NCBI GenBank assembly: GCA_030264375.1
Contig: JASCQW010000109.1
Span: forward strand, 37,875,919 to 37,939,918
Source: Carcharhinus longimanus
Lineage: Eukaryota
Length of the DNA: 64,000 nt
Reading direction: 5' to 3'
Under the pieces are notes generated by a model. The model ran no database searches, was not told the origin of the DNA, and saw only the letters and a program-made list of their open reading frames with translations. A program made the translations under genes and the position numbers. Below are positions 23,966 to 36,910 of this stretch, piece after piece. Positions within the stretch are counted from its first letter, which is position 1. Every line of letters begins with the position of its first letter.

Positions 23966-26389
23966 TACAGTAATTATTCTGTCAGATGAGCACCTCCTGG
24001 AACTGCAATGCAGGAAATCTCCACCTTTAATACATCCTGTCAGGGCTTTAGCTATTCTTCAGAACTCCTGAGCTTGATTTTGAATACCTGGAGGTACTTC
24101 CTGCATAAATGATTATCCAGGATGCATGGAGAGTTAACTCATCCTTACAACTACTTATGAATCAATTACTCATGCATAACTTTTTTTTATTTAATGCATT
24201 TTGGACTCCTTTAAATGTTGGTATCATCTGCTAAAATTTTATTTGCATCCCTTTAGACCTAACTAATTACTGCAATTTATCACTTCACTGCTGCCTCTTG
24301 TTTAAAATATTTAGCACCTCTTCATAAAATTCCCACTCTCATCAAATTCCATTGTCAATGAGTTTTGCAGATTCTCCCACCTCTATGCGGTAACAGATAG
24401 CCCATTAATGTATAACTTGTAGAAATATGCTGGTTACAACTAGCTAGTCAACTGCAAGTGACAATAACTCATAAATCAGCAGGGACCCACCTTAACTGCC
24501 ACTGAAGGAAGAAAGCTACTTTCGATCTCATTTTTTAACAGCACACCATCTACATTACTTAACCAGTGAAGACCCTTCTCAGTGAATTCCATTAACATTC
24601 TGTTTAGCGAGCCATTCCAGTTAGAAGATCCTCTCAACTCTGTGTACACAGCTCTCCACCAGAACTTCAGAACTGGCATTAGCAAAAATGGAGGGAAAGT
24701 CCTTGACACTTTATTGAGAAAATTTCTTTTAAAGCTGTACAAGTAGATGTCAAAGTGGAATTGCAACCTTGCCTTAACTTTGTCCTGGATAATCATATAT
24801 GTGGGAAGTACCTCCTGAGCTCGAGGAGTCACTGGAATTCTGGCATGACATATTAGTAGCTGAGAATTTCCTGCCCCACCTGGGGGAGACTACCCTACGA
24901 GAATTACAGCTGGCTGATCATTCAGAAGTGTAGGAAAAGGCAGATATAGGAATCCACGCTGTACGACTAAGGGTAAGAACGCCCTCAGCACCATGGGACA
25001 CATGACTGTGCTAGATTGGGGAGAGGGAGGTTGGAGCAAAATGTAGAAATACATGGGACACCTGATTTAAATAGAGCATGTTGGAAATTATGCAACTTAA
25101 GTTGGCTGATGATAAAAATGGAGGGTTGCAAGATGGAGTAAGTTGAAGGTTGCAGGCATATTTTGAAAAAATGGGTGAACAAACCTGGCTATGGCCCAAT
25201 TTTAAATCTGGCCAGAAGACTGAAACTGAGCATAAATTGAACACTGATCAGAATAAAAGCCACTAAAGATTGACAGCACCAGTAATGCAAACAAGTCGTT
25301 CAGTCAATGCATGCATTGAGCATTAAGCAGTGATTTGTTTGCAAGACAGAAAGTGCTTAAAAGTGCCAACCAGTCAACAAAGGTTTCGAACAAATTGATG
25401 GACATTCAGTCTAAGGTCACCATGGGTATGCAATGGTGCTCAGAACAATAGCATGCAGTCAGAACAATCCTATCTCAATTCATGTGGACAAATAATATAG
25501 CATGTGCATTGATTTAGGAAAATTTGTCCATGCCAGAGGTGCTTGTTAGGAAAATTAACTTAGGAAAAGGTGGCTGGGGGCTAAAAGCCAATTGTCGACT
25601 AAAGGTTGAGATGTTGGGAGCTTTAGTTATCGAGAAAATAAATCAACTCTGCTTTTATCTTAGGATGCGAGTTAGGCATTGGAGTGGTGGAAGGGTGGGG
25701 CTTGCCAGGCCTAGTTGGAAAGCAGCCTGCATTGTTAGGCCTCAGTTCCATCTCCCAGATGAATCTCCTGCCTGAACTTGACAGAATCAGTACTTGGCTG
25801 GTAAACTCAGACGTCACAGTTACAGTACCAGCAATCAGCAAGTGCCATCAGTGATCCTCAGAGATGAACACAATCAGGGAAGTATGGCTGGAGAGAGAGT
25901 GGCATGGAGCCAAAGATCAAGCAAAGCTTCTTTGTTGTCTCCAGGGAATCACATGTGGTTCCTCCTGGACCAGAAGAGGTGATCTTGGACCATATGTTCA
26001 AAAAATTCAAAGGCATAGCTTCCTGGTTGCTTCCTCGAGTGAGCCTCACACTAGTTTTAGGTTGCATAATTGCGGGTTAAAATTTTGTTGACGTCTTATT
26101 TACATTGCAAGGCCATGGCTCTTACATATTCATGAAAGGCCTGAAACAATCTGTTAAAATAGCAGTTGGAGATATGGACACAACCCACATATCCATTCTT
26201 GTTGAGTGCAGAGAGGTATAACTGACCTATGGTGTTTTGCACTGTGTGGTCAGCAATGCTGTACTGAATGAATGAAGACAACTTCATAGCTTTGACTGAT
26301 TGATTTGCAGAACAAATGCAGCAGCCAAATTTTGAAGAGATTTCAAGGCTCAAATACTAATAATGCTCCCAGACCAAGATAAATGTTAT

Positions 26390-26530
26390 GGAATAGAATC
26401 CCTACAGTGCAGAAGGAGACCATTCGGCTCATTAAGTCTGCACTGACACTCCAACACAACATCCTACTTGGGCCCTATCTCCGTAACCCCACATATTTAT
26501 CTGGCTAATCCCCTAACCTACACCTAAAAA
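26390..26530 (-). mobile_element. V-SINE 3' tail fragment
   Basis: TAGAATCCCTACAGTGCAGAAGGAGACCATTCGG...CTAATCCCCTAACCT; compare 50360-50453. Confidence 0.7.
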
Positions 26531-27519
26531 ATGTTGAACAACAAGGGCCCCCCGGCCATCAGCTCAGAAGGCTCAAGTAAGCAATTCGCCCCAAAATGGC
26601 TGTGCCAATTACAAGTGTCACAAAATCTCAATAGGTGATATTGCAACAGAGTTCCAGTCAAATTTCAGAATAATGTGAAAATAGTAGGATCCACCGCATA
26701 TCTGACCTAAACTGAAAATACGTCAAAGTATCTCAGATTCTCCAGTAAAAAATAAATGACTGATATGAAAGAAATTTGCAAATCATAAGTTCCAAAACAA
26801 ACTGTATAAACTGTTTCTGAACAAACACAACAGGTGATGCTATATTACGTCTGGCTGATCATTTATCCAGAAAAAAAAATTTCAGAAAATACATACAAGG
26901 AAAATATGAATAGGCAGTCAGACTGTGAAAACTGCTCCAACATCTAATTAGACCATGGCTAATCTGTATCTGAACTCCATTTATCTACTTTAGCTCCAGT
27001 AGCGCACTTAAGACAGTTTTTATACAACTATACCCACGTATTGTTTCTTTCTAATAGTTTTGATATCTGTGAAATAACTACCTATTTCTACAATTCATAA
27101 TTACACATACATTTTTTCAATAATCTTTCAACATACAATGACAGAGATGAAAATTTTGCCAGGTAATCATAAACGTTGCCTTGCAATTAATATTTATTTG
27201 TTTGTGGTTATTGGTGATTGTTAATAGGTATTAATATATTCTAAACATCTAACTTGGAAACCAGTCATTTCCCACAAATATATGCAAGTTAAAAACCTTT
27301 GTAAATTGATATGATGTTAAAATCTGTAACCCTGTATCTAAAAGCAAAGAAAAAAATTATCCAAAGATATTTTACTGCACTTGAATTTAAATCTTCACTA
27401 ACATTCATAATGCACTTAAATGCTTCAATAGTGATTTTCCTATTACTTGGTAGTATTTTCAATTAAATATGCAATATCACACTTAAAGTACAGATAAAGT
27501 AAAATGATTCAAGCATAAA

Positions 27520-27890
27520 ACTATATAGAACTGACAGCACAGAAATTGATCATTTGGTTCAACTGATCTCTGCCAGCATTCATACTTCACACAAGCTCCA
27601 CCCTTTCTAATCACTCCTTCCTACCCTATTTAATTCTTTTCCCTTTAATGTACGCATTAAGGCTCTCCTTAAAAGCACGTATGTTATTTGGTTCAATTAT
27701 TTCATGCGACAACGAGTTCCACGTTTTCAGTATTCTTTGTGCAAATAACTTCCTCCTAATTTCCACATTTGATGTTAGTGGAGATGTTCCATTTATTCCT
27801 TCTTGTTCTGGACTTACCTATAATTAGAGCAGCTCTGCCACATCCACTGAATTGAAACGCTTCATAATTTTAAAGAGGTCTATCAATTCA
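27520..27890 (-). mobile_element. Old CR1 3' fragment
   Basis: Ends in CTTCATAATTTTAAAGAGGTCTATCA, the reverse complement of CR1 ORF2 sequence. Confidence 0.6.
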
Positions 27891-28559
27891 ACTCAATAAT
27901 AATTGAGAGTGGGAAGGAAAAGGGAAGGAGGAAAAGGAGGGGATTGTGGAGGAATAGTTTTTGTGGCCATCAGTGATCCTGCCAAGTGTAAAGTATAGAG
28001 TTGGACATCAGGTGTGGTGGGTTATATGAGTGGAGTGGGGTGGGTGGGGGTTGTTGGGGAAATGTCAGGCACGGGGGAGAGGGTGACCATGCAGGGTGAT
28101 GTTGGGGATGGGTATCTGATCAAGGGAATGGAAACAGGTAAGCTTAGTGGGCTGGAGGAAGCACTCCTGCTCCTCTTGACCCATAAGAAGTGCTGGAAAG
28201 GCACTTACCTGTTCCATCCAGCCGTTCTCGCCTCCCTTCACCTTTCGGATTTCCCGGGGTTCGGGAAACCCGGCTGGCCAGCGTTAAATCTGCAACAGAG
28301 ATAAAATCTTAGGCATGCAGCCTCATTAATGACCAACCAGCCTCTACAGGGCAGATTAGGTGCCCAACCCCCAACGCATCCCAGTTAAAACTGGAAGTGG
28401 GCATGTTGAAGCTGGGTTGGTGTCAGTTTTCCCACTTTTATATTTGTTTTCACTCTTCATGGACTTATCAAAATTGTGTTACTACATTCAATAACATATG
28501 TATCTATTGTACCAATATATTTGTTCCTCTATTCCATTTAAACTTCATACCTTACAAGG

Positions 28560-28800
28560 AATAAATGTGCTCCTTATTTCTTCTGCCAAAATGTCTCCCT
28601 GGATTTTAGTGCAATCTTCCACCTTATTAGCTATACCACATAATTTGGTATTATCGACAAATTTTAACACCACACCTCCAATTTCAGAATCCAAATCATT
28701 TATGTGATGTCGGACAACAGTGGTCTCAATACAGATCTTTAGTGGGACACCACTTCCCATTTTCTGCAGCTCCAAGAAAGTTCCCTTATTGTCTATCCTC
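28560..28800 (-). mobile_element. CR1 reverse transcriptase fragment
   Basis: INDLDSEIGGVVLKFVDNTKLCGIAN (decayed FADDTK motif). Confidence 0.8.
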
Positions 28801-29764
28801 TGCCCTCAGTTTCTTTTTTCCGGGAGTGGGAGGTGGGGGTGGCAATCATTTAATCCACACTGTTCCTGGCCACTAACTCCACATGTCTGGACCTTTGCTT
28901 CTTTCAGGTGACTGCCTACTCCAATCAACAAATGACCTGCAGTTTTTCAGGTAATCTATTATTTTCTGTTACAAAAATGAATGGTCAGTACACTTATGGT
29001 ACAGGACATTTAAACATAAGAAACCATAATCTGAATTTGTCTTCCACTGATGAATTAGCAGATAGCCATGGCTAACACCTTTGCTTATTGTCACTACAGC
29101 TGAATTACCCTAACTTTCTTTCTGGTGTTTTCACAATATACATAGAGTGGTAATATTGTTTCTGATAGGTTCCCAGCCACTAGGATGGAGGTGATTTCAA
29201 TGTTGCACCCTTTTAGAAGGACACCCAGAGTTCTGCAGAGTGGCAATTAAAATGTCAAGCAGTCCTAAAGTTATGAATAGTTCAAAGTGCTGACAGATCT
29301 TTGGAGATATTGGTGGTGATTCGCTTGATGGAAGTGATTTCTCCTCTTCCTTGTCTTAAAAGTAGCCTGTCATGCCAGGTCCCTTCTAACCTTATCAGAG
29401 CTGAAATTGCACATGGGACAATGCTATCTTTGGGCAGCGTTCTTGTTGCTTATAATTTAGTGTTGGAGTTGACCAGATCGGAGTGGGAAGGGAGTGAGTA
29501 AACTGCCACTCAACTTTAACTGCCCACTGCCTGATTTCTGCCAATTAAGAGAAGTTAAAATGAAGTTCAATATTTTTATGCTACCTTTGATATACACTGC
29601 TGCTTCTTACGTTATCACTGTTTTGCCTCTTGATCCCTTATTTTCCTGAATATGAATGTGAATTAGTCAGTCCTTAATATATTAAGATTAATAGTTTGGA
29701 TGGATAGGTAACAATGTCTAATATCCCAACCAGAGGACATAAAGTTGACTCATGCATGTCATCA

Positions 29765-30580
29765 TGAAGTCAGAAGTGGGGTTGTTTGCCAATTATTGCA
29801 CTGATCATTTTCTTCACAATTTCTCAGATAATGAAGCAGTCCCTCATGCAGCAAGACATAGACAACATACAAGCTTGGGCTTGTAAATGACTTGCAAATA
29901 AGATTTATGGGTGCCAGAGCATAACCATCTGTAACCCTCACCACCTCCACATAATATTGAATGGCTGAATCTCCATGAAAGCAATAAGCTCTGGTCTCGA
30001 TTGGCCAGGAACTCACAGGATCAGCCATATAAATCCTGTGGCCACAACAGGTCAGAAGATAAGCATTCTGTGATGAATTGCTCACCTCTCGACTACCTGA
30101 AGCTTTTCTGCTATCTATAAGACATAATTGAGGAATATGATGGAGTATTCTCTATATGCCTGGATTACTGCAGCTCCAATAACACTCAGGAATCTCAACA
30201 CCATCCAGGTGAAAGCAGCCCACTTCATTATTAGACCATCCAGCCATTTTGTGGCTGCAGAGTGTACAGATCCAAGTCACAAAGCCTTGATAGACAAGCA
30301 AATTCAAAACACACAAGCTCCATTATCTGAAAGAACATGGCAGCGGGCAATTGGGCACACCAATAACTCCAATTTCCTGTTCCAGTAACACAGCATCCTG
30401 ATTGAAACATGCATTGCTGTCCCTTCTTGGTCAAAATTCTAGCACTTCCTACTTTCTTCACCTCATAGACTGTAGTATTCACCTCATAGGCTGCAGTAGT
30501 TCAAGAAGATGCAAACACATTCTGAAAGGTAGCTAGAGATGATAATAATTGTTGGTTTAACCATAACACCCATATCTAAA
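29765..30580 (+). mobile_element. Decayed CR1-group LINE (47960 family)
   Basis: MRNMMEYSLYAWITAAPITLRNLNTIQVKAA, homologous to ORF 48836-49093. Confidence 0.75.
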
Positions 30581-32019
30581 TTTATTTATTTATGTAACCT
30601 TTATTTAGCCAGATCAACTGAAAACCAATTCTCACTTAATTGTCAAGAAGTAAATAACAAAGTCACTAATCATTGACAAATTTCAGTGGATCAGAATGCT
30701 ACTGTGGTAATTGTCATCTGATTTGTACAGTAACTCAAAATATAATTCCAGTTGTAACACTGCACTTGATATTTACTCAAGGTCAGCAAGAGAGCAAGGT
30801 TGGATAGTGCATGGAGTTGGTTGCTAAAGGAGGATTTTTGGACTGTAAACATAGCATTAAAGACTTCCTATAATCTGTTAAATTTAACAGCAAGATTCCC
30901 ATTAAATGCTTGCAATAGATTTCCTGCCGTTCAGATTGATAGATATGCGAATAAGCTTGATAAGCTAGGGCATGCATTCCTGCTCCAGTTGTCTCACCAG
31001 CAATGCAATACAAGCATTTTTTTCTCATGGAACCAGGCATTTTTCCCTCTTTTTGGCTGCCAGGATTCCTGCAGGTAATCATGTACATTAAAATAAAACT
31101 GAGTTAAAAAGCATGTATGCAGCCTCCTTAAAAACGTTTGGGACCCAACCCACCTCTGCTTGCGCTTTAACATTCCATGCCTAATTACATGCACAATGTA
31201 CATATATACATGCTCACAAGGAATAACTTAACTTCAATAATTGGTTAAAATGGCAGGTAAGAAAATCATGGGGGCACACCGTATATGAATATGTCATATT
31301 GTCCCACATTTTGGCAGTCAATAGATCTGAAAGCAGGGCTTAATTCCACACATTGATGCATTACTTTGCAATGACTCATGTACTCCTTGTGTGTGCAACA
31401 AGATGCACAAACAGAAGGTACTTGAAAGATGTAGATGAAATATGCAGTGCTTATTGAAGCCCATATCACACGACTGCCATTGCAGACTGACCTGCGCAAG
31501 TGGACTGTGAGCAGGTGTGAGGATGGAATCCTTGCTGTGCACCAATCTGCATTATGCATATATGCACTGTGGTTAAGTTACATATTTCTTTTGAAAATTG
31601 AATTTTTAACTCAAAACCATGAGTACAGGCACACTGCTGCATCCAGCACCCACAAAACTGTGCTACAGTACCAATCACATAAACAGCAGCACAGTATGCA
31701 ATGCTGTTTAGGTTGGATGCTCTGCCTTATTATTGTACTGAAATCAGTATGCCCTGACCTTTCTTAAACAAATCTATTCTGCACACTTGCTGAATATCAC
31801 ATCAGGAACTATCTGCCCACTCATACTAAGACTGACAGTTTGAAATAAGAAACATCAGGACTCCTACAACTTGCTTTCTCATTGGATCAGCTGCATTCAA
31901 TGCATTGAAACCTCTGCTTTCTCTGTCAACTCTGTCTCAGTAAGAATCAATAATAAATTCTATTGTTTCTCATCCTGCTTTCCAGAGAATCAGCACAAAT
32001 GGTTTATCTTCCCACTGTC

Positions 32020-32630
32020 ACTGTTGTTTCAGGAGCCTGAAAGGATCTATTGTTGATCCCCTTCTATTCCTCATTTACATTTGCCCTTGATCAGCAACCT
32101 CATCCCCAGATACAGCATTTATTTCCACGTGTGCTGATGGTACCCAGTATTACATTGCGACTACCTCTCTTGATTTCTCCGTTGTCTCTAAATTGTAATA
32201 ATGGAAGTGCAGAAATTTCCTCCAAATAAATCTTGGGAAGACCAAAGCCATTGCCTGTGGTCCCTGCACAAATTCTGTTCCCTAATTATCAACTGCATTC
32301 CTCTCCCTCAAACCACGTAAGACAGATACAGAACATTTTAAACCTTGGTATAATATTTGACCCAAGGATTACCCTGACCACATATCCACATCATTACCAA
32401 AACTGCAGGTTTCCACCTCTGTAACATCATCTGACTCCATGGCTGCTTCAGCTCATCTGCTGCTGAAACCCACATCCATGCCTCTGTTACTTTAGACTTG
32501 ATTATTCCCAAGCACTGTGAGGCAGCCTTCCACATTCTACCCTCTGTAAACTTGAGGTCATCCAAAACACTTACCTGTGTCCAGACTCTCACCAATTCCC
32601 ATTCAACCATCATCCCCTGTGCTGGTTGGT
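32020..32630 (+). mobile_element. L2 LINE RT-region fragment
   Basis: CCTGAAAGGATCTATTGTTGATCCCCTTCTATTCCTCATTTAC...GTGCTGATGGTACCCAG...CATCCATGCCTCTGTTACTTTAGACTTGATTATTCC, typical of L2 ORF2. Confidence 0.75.
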
Positions 32631-32631
32631 C

Positions 32632-32765
32632 TGTTCTGGTGAAAGGTCAACTGACCTGAAACCTAACTCTGTTTCTCTTCACTGATGTTGCCTGACCTGC
32701 TGGATATTTCCACTGTTCTTTATTTTTATTACAGATTTCAACCATCTTCAGTATTTTGCATTTGG
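32632..32765 (+). mobile_element. Penelope-like family B fragment with degenerate hammerhead
   Basis: GTT-CTGGTGA-A-AGGTCA(AC)TGACCT-GAAA-CCT-AAC followed by the family B body. Confidence 0.65.
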
Positions 32766-34004
32766 GTAGAATTCAGAGGAATTTGAGTTTGAAACATAGA
32801 AAGTGGCTGTTAAAAAATGGATTTCAGATGGGCAAATAATTTGCTGCAAATAATTTGTCAATACATCGCTTGATGAATTTCCAGTAGCAGAAGAAAGCCA
32901 CAAAGATCACTATTCTAGAAATTGGAGGAAGAAGCTTGTTGTGACACCAAGAAATGGAGGCTGGCATTGACTAAGGCGGTGGTCAGCATGAGTGTACTGC
33001 TGGATTCAGTATAATACAGAAAGCACTTAAATCTCGTAAGCAAGCTGGATAAGTACTGTTGCACCTTCACCAACATCCTGCTTTGCATATCATCCCACCA
33101 TCTCACTCTGTTTTCTTAAGTCTTTTCCATCACTTATATACATTTACTTGCTTAACCAGCTTCTCTTTTAGGCACATATATCTATCTATCTATCACTCTC
33201 AATCACCCTCATCCTTTTGCAATTTCATACCTCTCCCTTCTAGTCACTCTGACCAAATGCATTACATCCAATGCATGAACTACATGCTGTTCCTCCCCTT
33301 GTTTCAGGAAAAGACAGCACAGAATTTAAGGCCAGGAGGCAGGTCTATTCCTAGTCCACAAGTGCAGAAGTGACAGCCCTATCAATAATCAAAGTTGCCG
33401 ACTGAGTTTGGGAGATGGGGATCTCCCAGCTACATGGCATCCATATATATTAGCTGCTTGCATGTCAAAAGGCACTCAGTCATATTGACTTGATTTCAAC
33501 AGTAAGTGAAGTGTAATAATATTCATTTTGATAACTTGCAACATTTCACTTCGCCAGCACTAATACATACCTTATTTCTGACACAGAATTGATTGGAGAT
33601 CATGGATGTCCATTTCTTAGAAGAGCTGAATCCTCCTGATGATACACCGTCACAAGAAGCATAGCTCAAGATGTTCTCACATCGATGGGACAAGTAAGGC
33701 AGATAGTTGGGTTTTCACTTCGACTTGCAATTAACTCTGAACAATCACAACAGTATCCAGCAATTATTGGTGAGTGCAACTTCTCCAAACAGTGCATGGT
33801 TGCACATAGATGCTATCCCTATGGGGGCCACCCACGGTAAAGGAGTCATTGAGTAACAGCAATGTGCAATGCACTGACAGGTCTTCCAAACACACTGATA
33901 TCAAGTGCAGAGAGAATAGTGAAGTCCAGTTCAAACACCCTGCTTTGCATATCATCCCACCATCTTACTGTGCCTTCTCAAGTGTATTTCATCACATCAT
34001 CCAT

Positions 34005-35172
34005 AAATGTTGTCCACATCGTCTTTAGCAAGGCCTTTGAGAAGGTGCTGCATGGTAGGTTGGTGCATAAGGTTAAATCTCATGGAATCCAGGGTGAGGT
34101 AGCCAATTGGACACAAAATTGGCTTGATGACAGAAGACAGAGGGTGTTAGTAGAAGGTTGTTTTTCAACTTGGAGGCTTCTGATCAGCAATGTGCCTCAG
34201 GGATCACTACTGGTTACTTGCCACTTATACTAATAAATGAGAATTTAGGAGGCATAGTTAGTAAGTTTGCAGATTACACCAAGATTGGTGGCATAGTGGA
34301 CAGTGAAGAAAGTTATCTAAGATTGCAAAGGAATCTTGATCAATTAGGCCAGTGGGCTGATGAATAGCAGGTGGAGTTTAATTTAGATAAATGCAAGGTG
34401 ATATATTTGGTAGATCAAACCAAGGCAGAACTTATTGGTAGGTCACTGGGGAGAGTTATAGAACAAAGAGATCGACGGGTACAGGTTCATAGCTCCCTGA
34501 AAGTAGAGTCACAGGTGGACAGGATTGTGAAGAAGGCATTTGGTATACTTGGTTTCACTGGTCAGAACATTGAATACACGAGTTGGGATGTCTTGTTGAA
34601 GTTGTACAAGACATTGGTAAGACCACACTTGGAATCCTGTGTTCAGTTCTGGTCACCCTATTATAGAAAGGATATTATTAAACTAGAAAAAGTGGAAAAA
34701 AGATTTATTAGGATGCTACCAGGACTTGATAATTTTGAGATACAAGGAGAAGCTGGATAGACTGGAGTTTTTTTTCCCTGGGGGATAGGAGGTTTCGGGG
34801 TGATCTTATAGAGGTCTAGAAAATAATAAAGGGTACAGATAAGCTAGATGATCAACATCTTTCCCCAAAGGTAGGAGAGTCTAAAACTAGAGGGCATAGG
34901 TTTAAGATGACGGGGAGAGATACAAAAGGGTCCAGAGGTGCAATTTTTTCACACAGATGGTGGTGAGTGTCTGGAATGAGCTACCAGAGGAAGTTGTAGA
35001 GGCATGGACAATTTTGTCTTCTAAAAAGCATTGAGACAGTTACATGGAGAAGATGGGTGTAGAGGGATATGGGTCAAATGCAGGCAATTGGGACTAGCTT
35101 AGTGGTTAATAAAAGGGTGGCATGGGCAAGTTGGACCGAAGAGCCTGTTTCCATGCTGTAAACCTCTATGAC
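34005..35172 (+). mobile_element. 5'-truncated CR1 LINE (RT to 3' end)
   Basis: FSKAFEKVLHGRLVHKVKSHGIQG, VPQGS, SKFADYTKIGG, LYKTLVRPHLESCVQFWSP; tail ACCTCTATGACTA. Confidence 0.95.
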
Positions 35173-35879
35173 TACGGGTGGCTTAAAGTCACAGAGTACT
35201 GTGATAATGTATTCTTCTATGGATAGACTGACCAGCTCAGTGGAACGTCATGCGCTCCAATCAAATGAATCCATGCACTCTTTGACCACGCAGGCAATAT
35301 GTAAGTAATATGCCCACCACCTTAAATATGAGGACAAACACTTGGCCTTCATCTTAGAGTTGCATTCATTTGTACCAAAGTGCTCTCTAGTATGATGGTA
35401 GCAAAGAAATGTAGCTGGACCAGAATAGGATTGAATGAAACAGGAGATATGGAAGTGCACTCCACATAAGGCATTTCCATTTCTCAATAACAGGCTCCAC
35501 CCTCCGTCATCTCCTGACAAGCTGCCTCATCTTGAATGGCGAAGTGTGTCCCTGCACAGATGTAGGTAGTGCAGCCATTGACAGGGCACTTGTGGGATCC
35601 ACATCCATTGGCCAAAAGCACCTCAGCTGTCAGATCATGGATCAAAGTGGCCTGCTTCTAACTCTGCCGAAGGCAAAGGGTTCCACGTTGGAGCATGAGC
35701 AAAAGGATGAGAAGAACTTTGAGCATTGTAAGGGTATGCACATTGCGTGTTTGAGAAAATGCTCTGCTGCTAAGTTTCTGCTGTTTATTCTTTTGTATCA
35801 AAAAAGGTGCTTTTGTGATGAGAAGGCTGTTTTTAGTGGGGTTCTAAAAGGTCAGTGATAGATTCACAATAATTGTTAT

Positions 35880-36510
35880 TCTGGTGATGAGAGACTTCAG
35901 TCATGAGGATAGATTGGATCTGGACAAAGTACATTAGGGAGGAACTGTTCCATTTGTGGAAAGGTTTACAAGACCCTTGTCAGGCCTCATTTGGAGTATT
36001 GTGCGCAGTTCTGGTCGCCTCACTATAGGAAAGACGTAGAAGCTATNNNNNNNNNNNNNNNNNNNNNNNNNNNNNNNNNNNNNNNNNNNNNNNNNNNNNN
36101 NNNNNNNNNNNNNNNNNNNNNNNNNNNNNNNNNNNNNNNNNNNNNNTATAGATTGGAAGGTGTTGATGTGATCGGCGCAACTCGTGGGCCGAAGGGCCTG
36201 TTTGTGCTGTAGTGTTCTATGTTAAGAACCAGAGGGCATCAATTTAAAGTGGTTGACAAAGTACAAGAGATGACACGAGGAAAAATTATTTAATGCAGCA
36301 CATTGTTAAAATTTGGAATGCATTCGTCAGAGAGTGGTAGAGGTAGATTCAATTGTGGCTTTCAGAAGGTAAGTGAGTAATTATCAAAAGAGAAAACGTT
36401 TTCAGGGCTATGAGGAAAGACAGGGGAGTGGGATTAACCCAGTACAGAGCCAGTTGGGACTAAAGAACCAAATGGGCTTTCTTATTTATGTTGTAACTAT
36501 TCTATGATCC
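35880..36510 (+). mobile_element. Old CR1 3' end with a younger CR1 nested at about 35965-36223 (gapped)
   Basis: Young insert encodes LVRPHLEYCAQFWSPHYRKDVEA and ends GTTCTATGTT; the older element resumes AGAACCAGAGGGCATC. Confidence 0.75.
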
Positions 36511-36559
36511 TCTGATTGGAGATTCCTTGATTCTCGCAATATATAGTCAATCTGAGTCT

Positions 36560-36910
36560 TAAATACAATAGATATGATTAACTTGTTTGTAGGTGTCACA
36601 AAGATTGGTTGTGTAATAGATATGAAGAAAGCTATAGATTCCAAGAAGATGTCAGTGGACTTATGAGGTGGACAGAAATGTGACAAAGGGAACTTAATCT
36701 GGAGAAGGGTGAGGTAATATATTTGGTAATGACAAACAAGGCAAGGGAATCCACAATAAATGGTAAGGCACTAAAAAGCATAGCAGGGCACATGTCTATA
36801 GATTCCTAATGGTTAGCAGAACAAGGAGATAAGGTGATTAAGGCATGTCAGAGACTTTCCTTTATTTGCTGAGGCATAGAACACAATGGCAGGGAGGTTA
36901 TGCTCAAACT
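36560..36910 (+). mobile_element. Decayed CR1 RT fragment
   Basis: CACAAAGATTGGTTGTGTAATAGAT...GGCATAGAACACAATGGCAGGGAGGTTATGCT, collinear with 34270-34600. Confidence 0.65.

Noticed and set aside
23640-23968. Pre-miRNA
   Set aside because: The hairpin is far too long, is TSD-flanked, and is explained by an inverted Penelope-type repeat.
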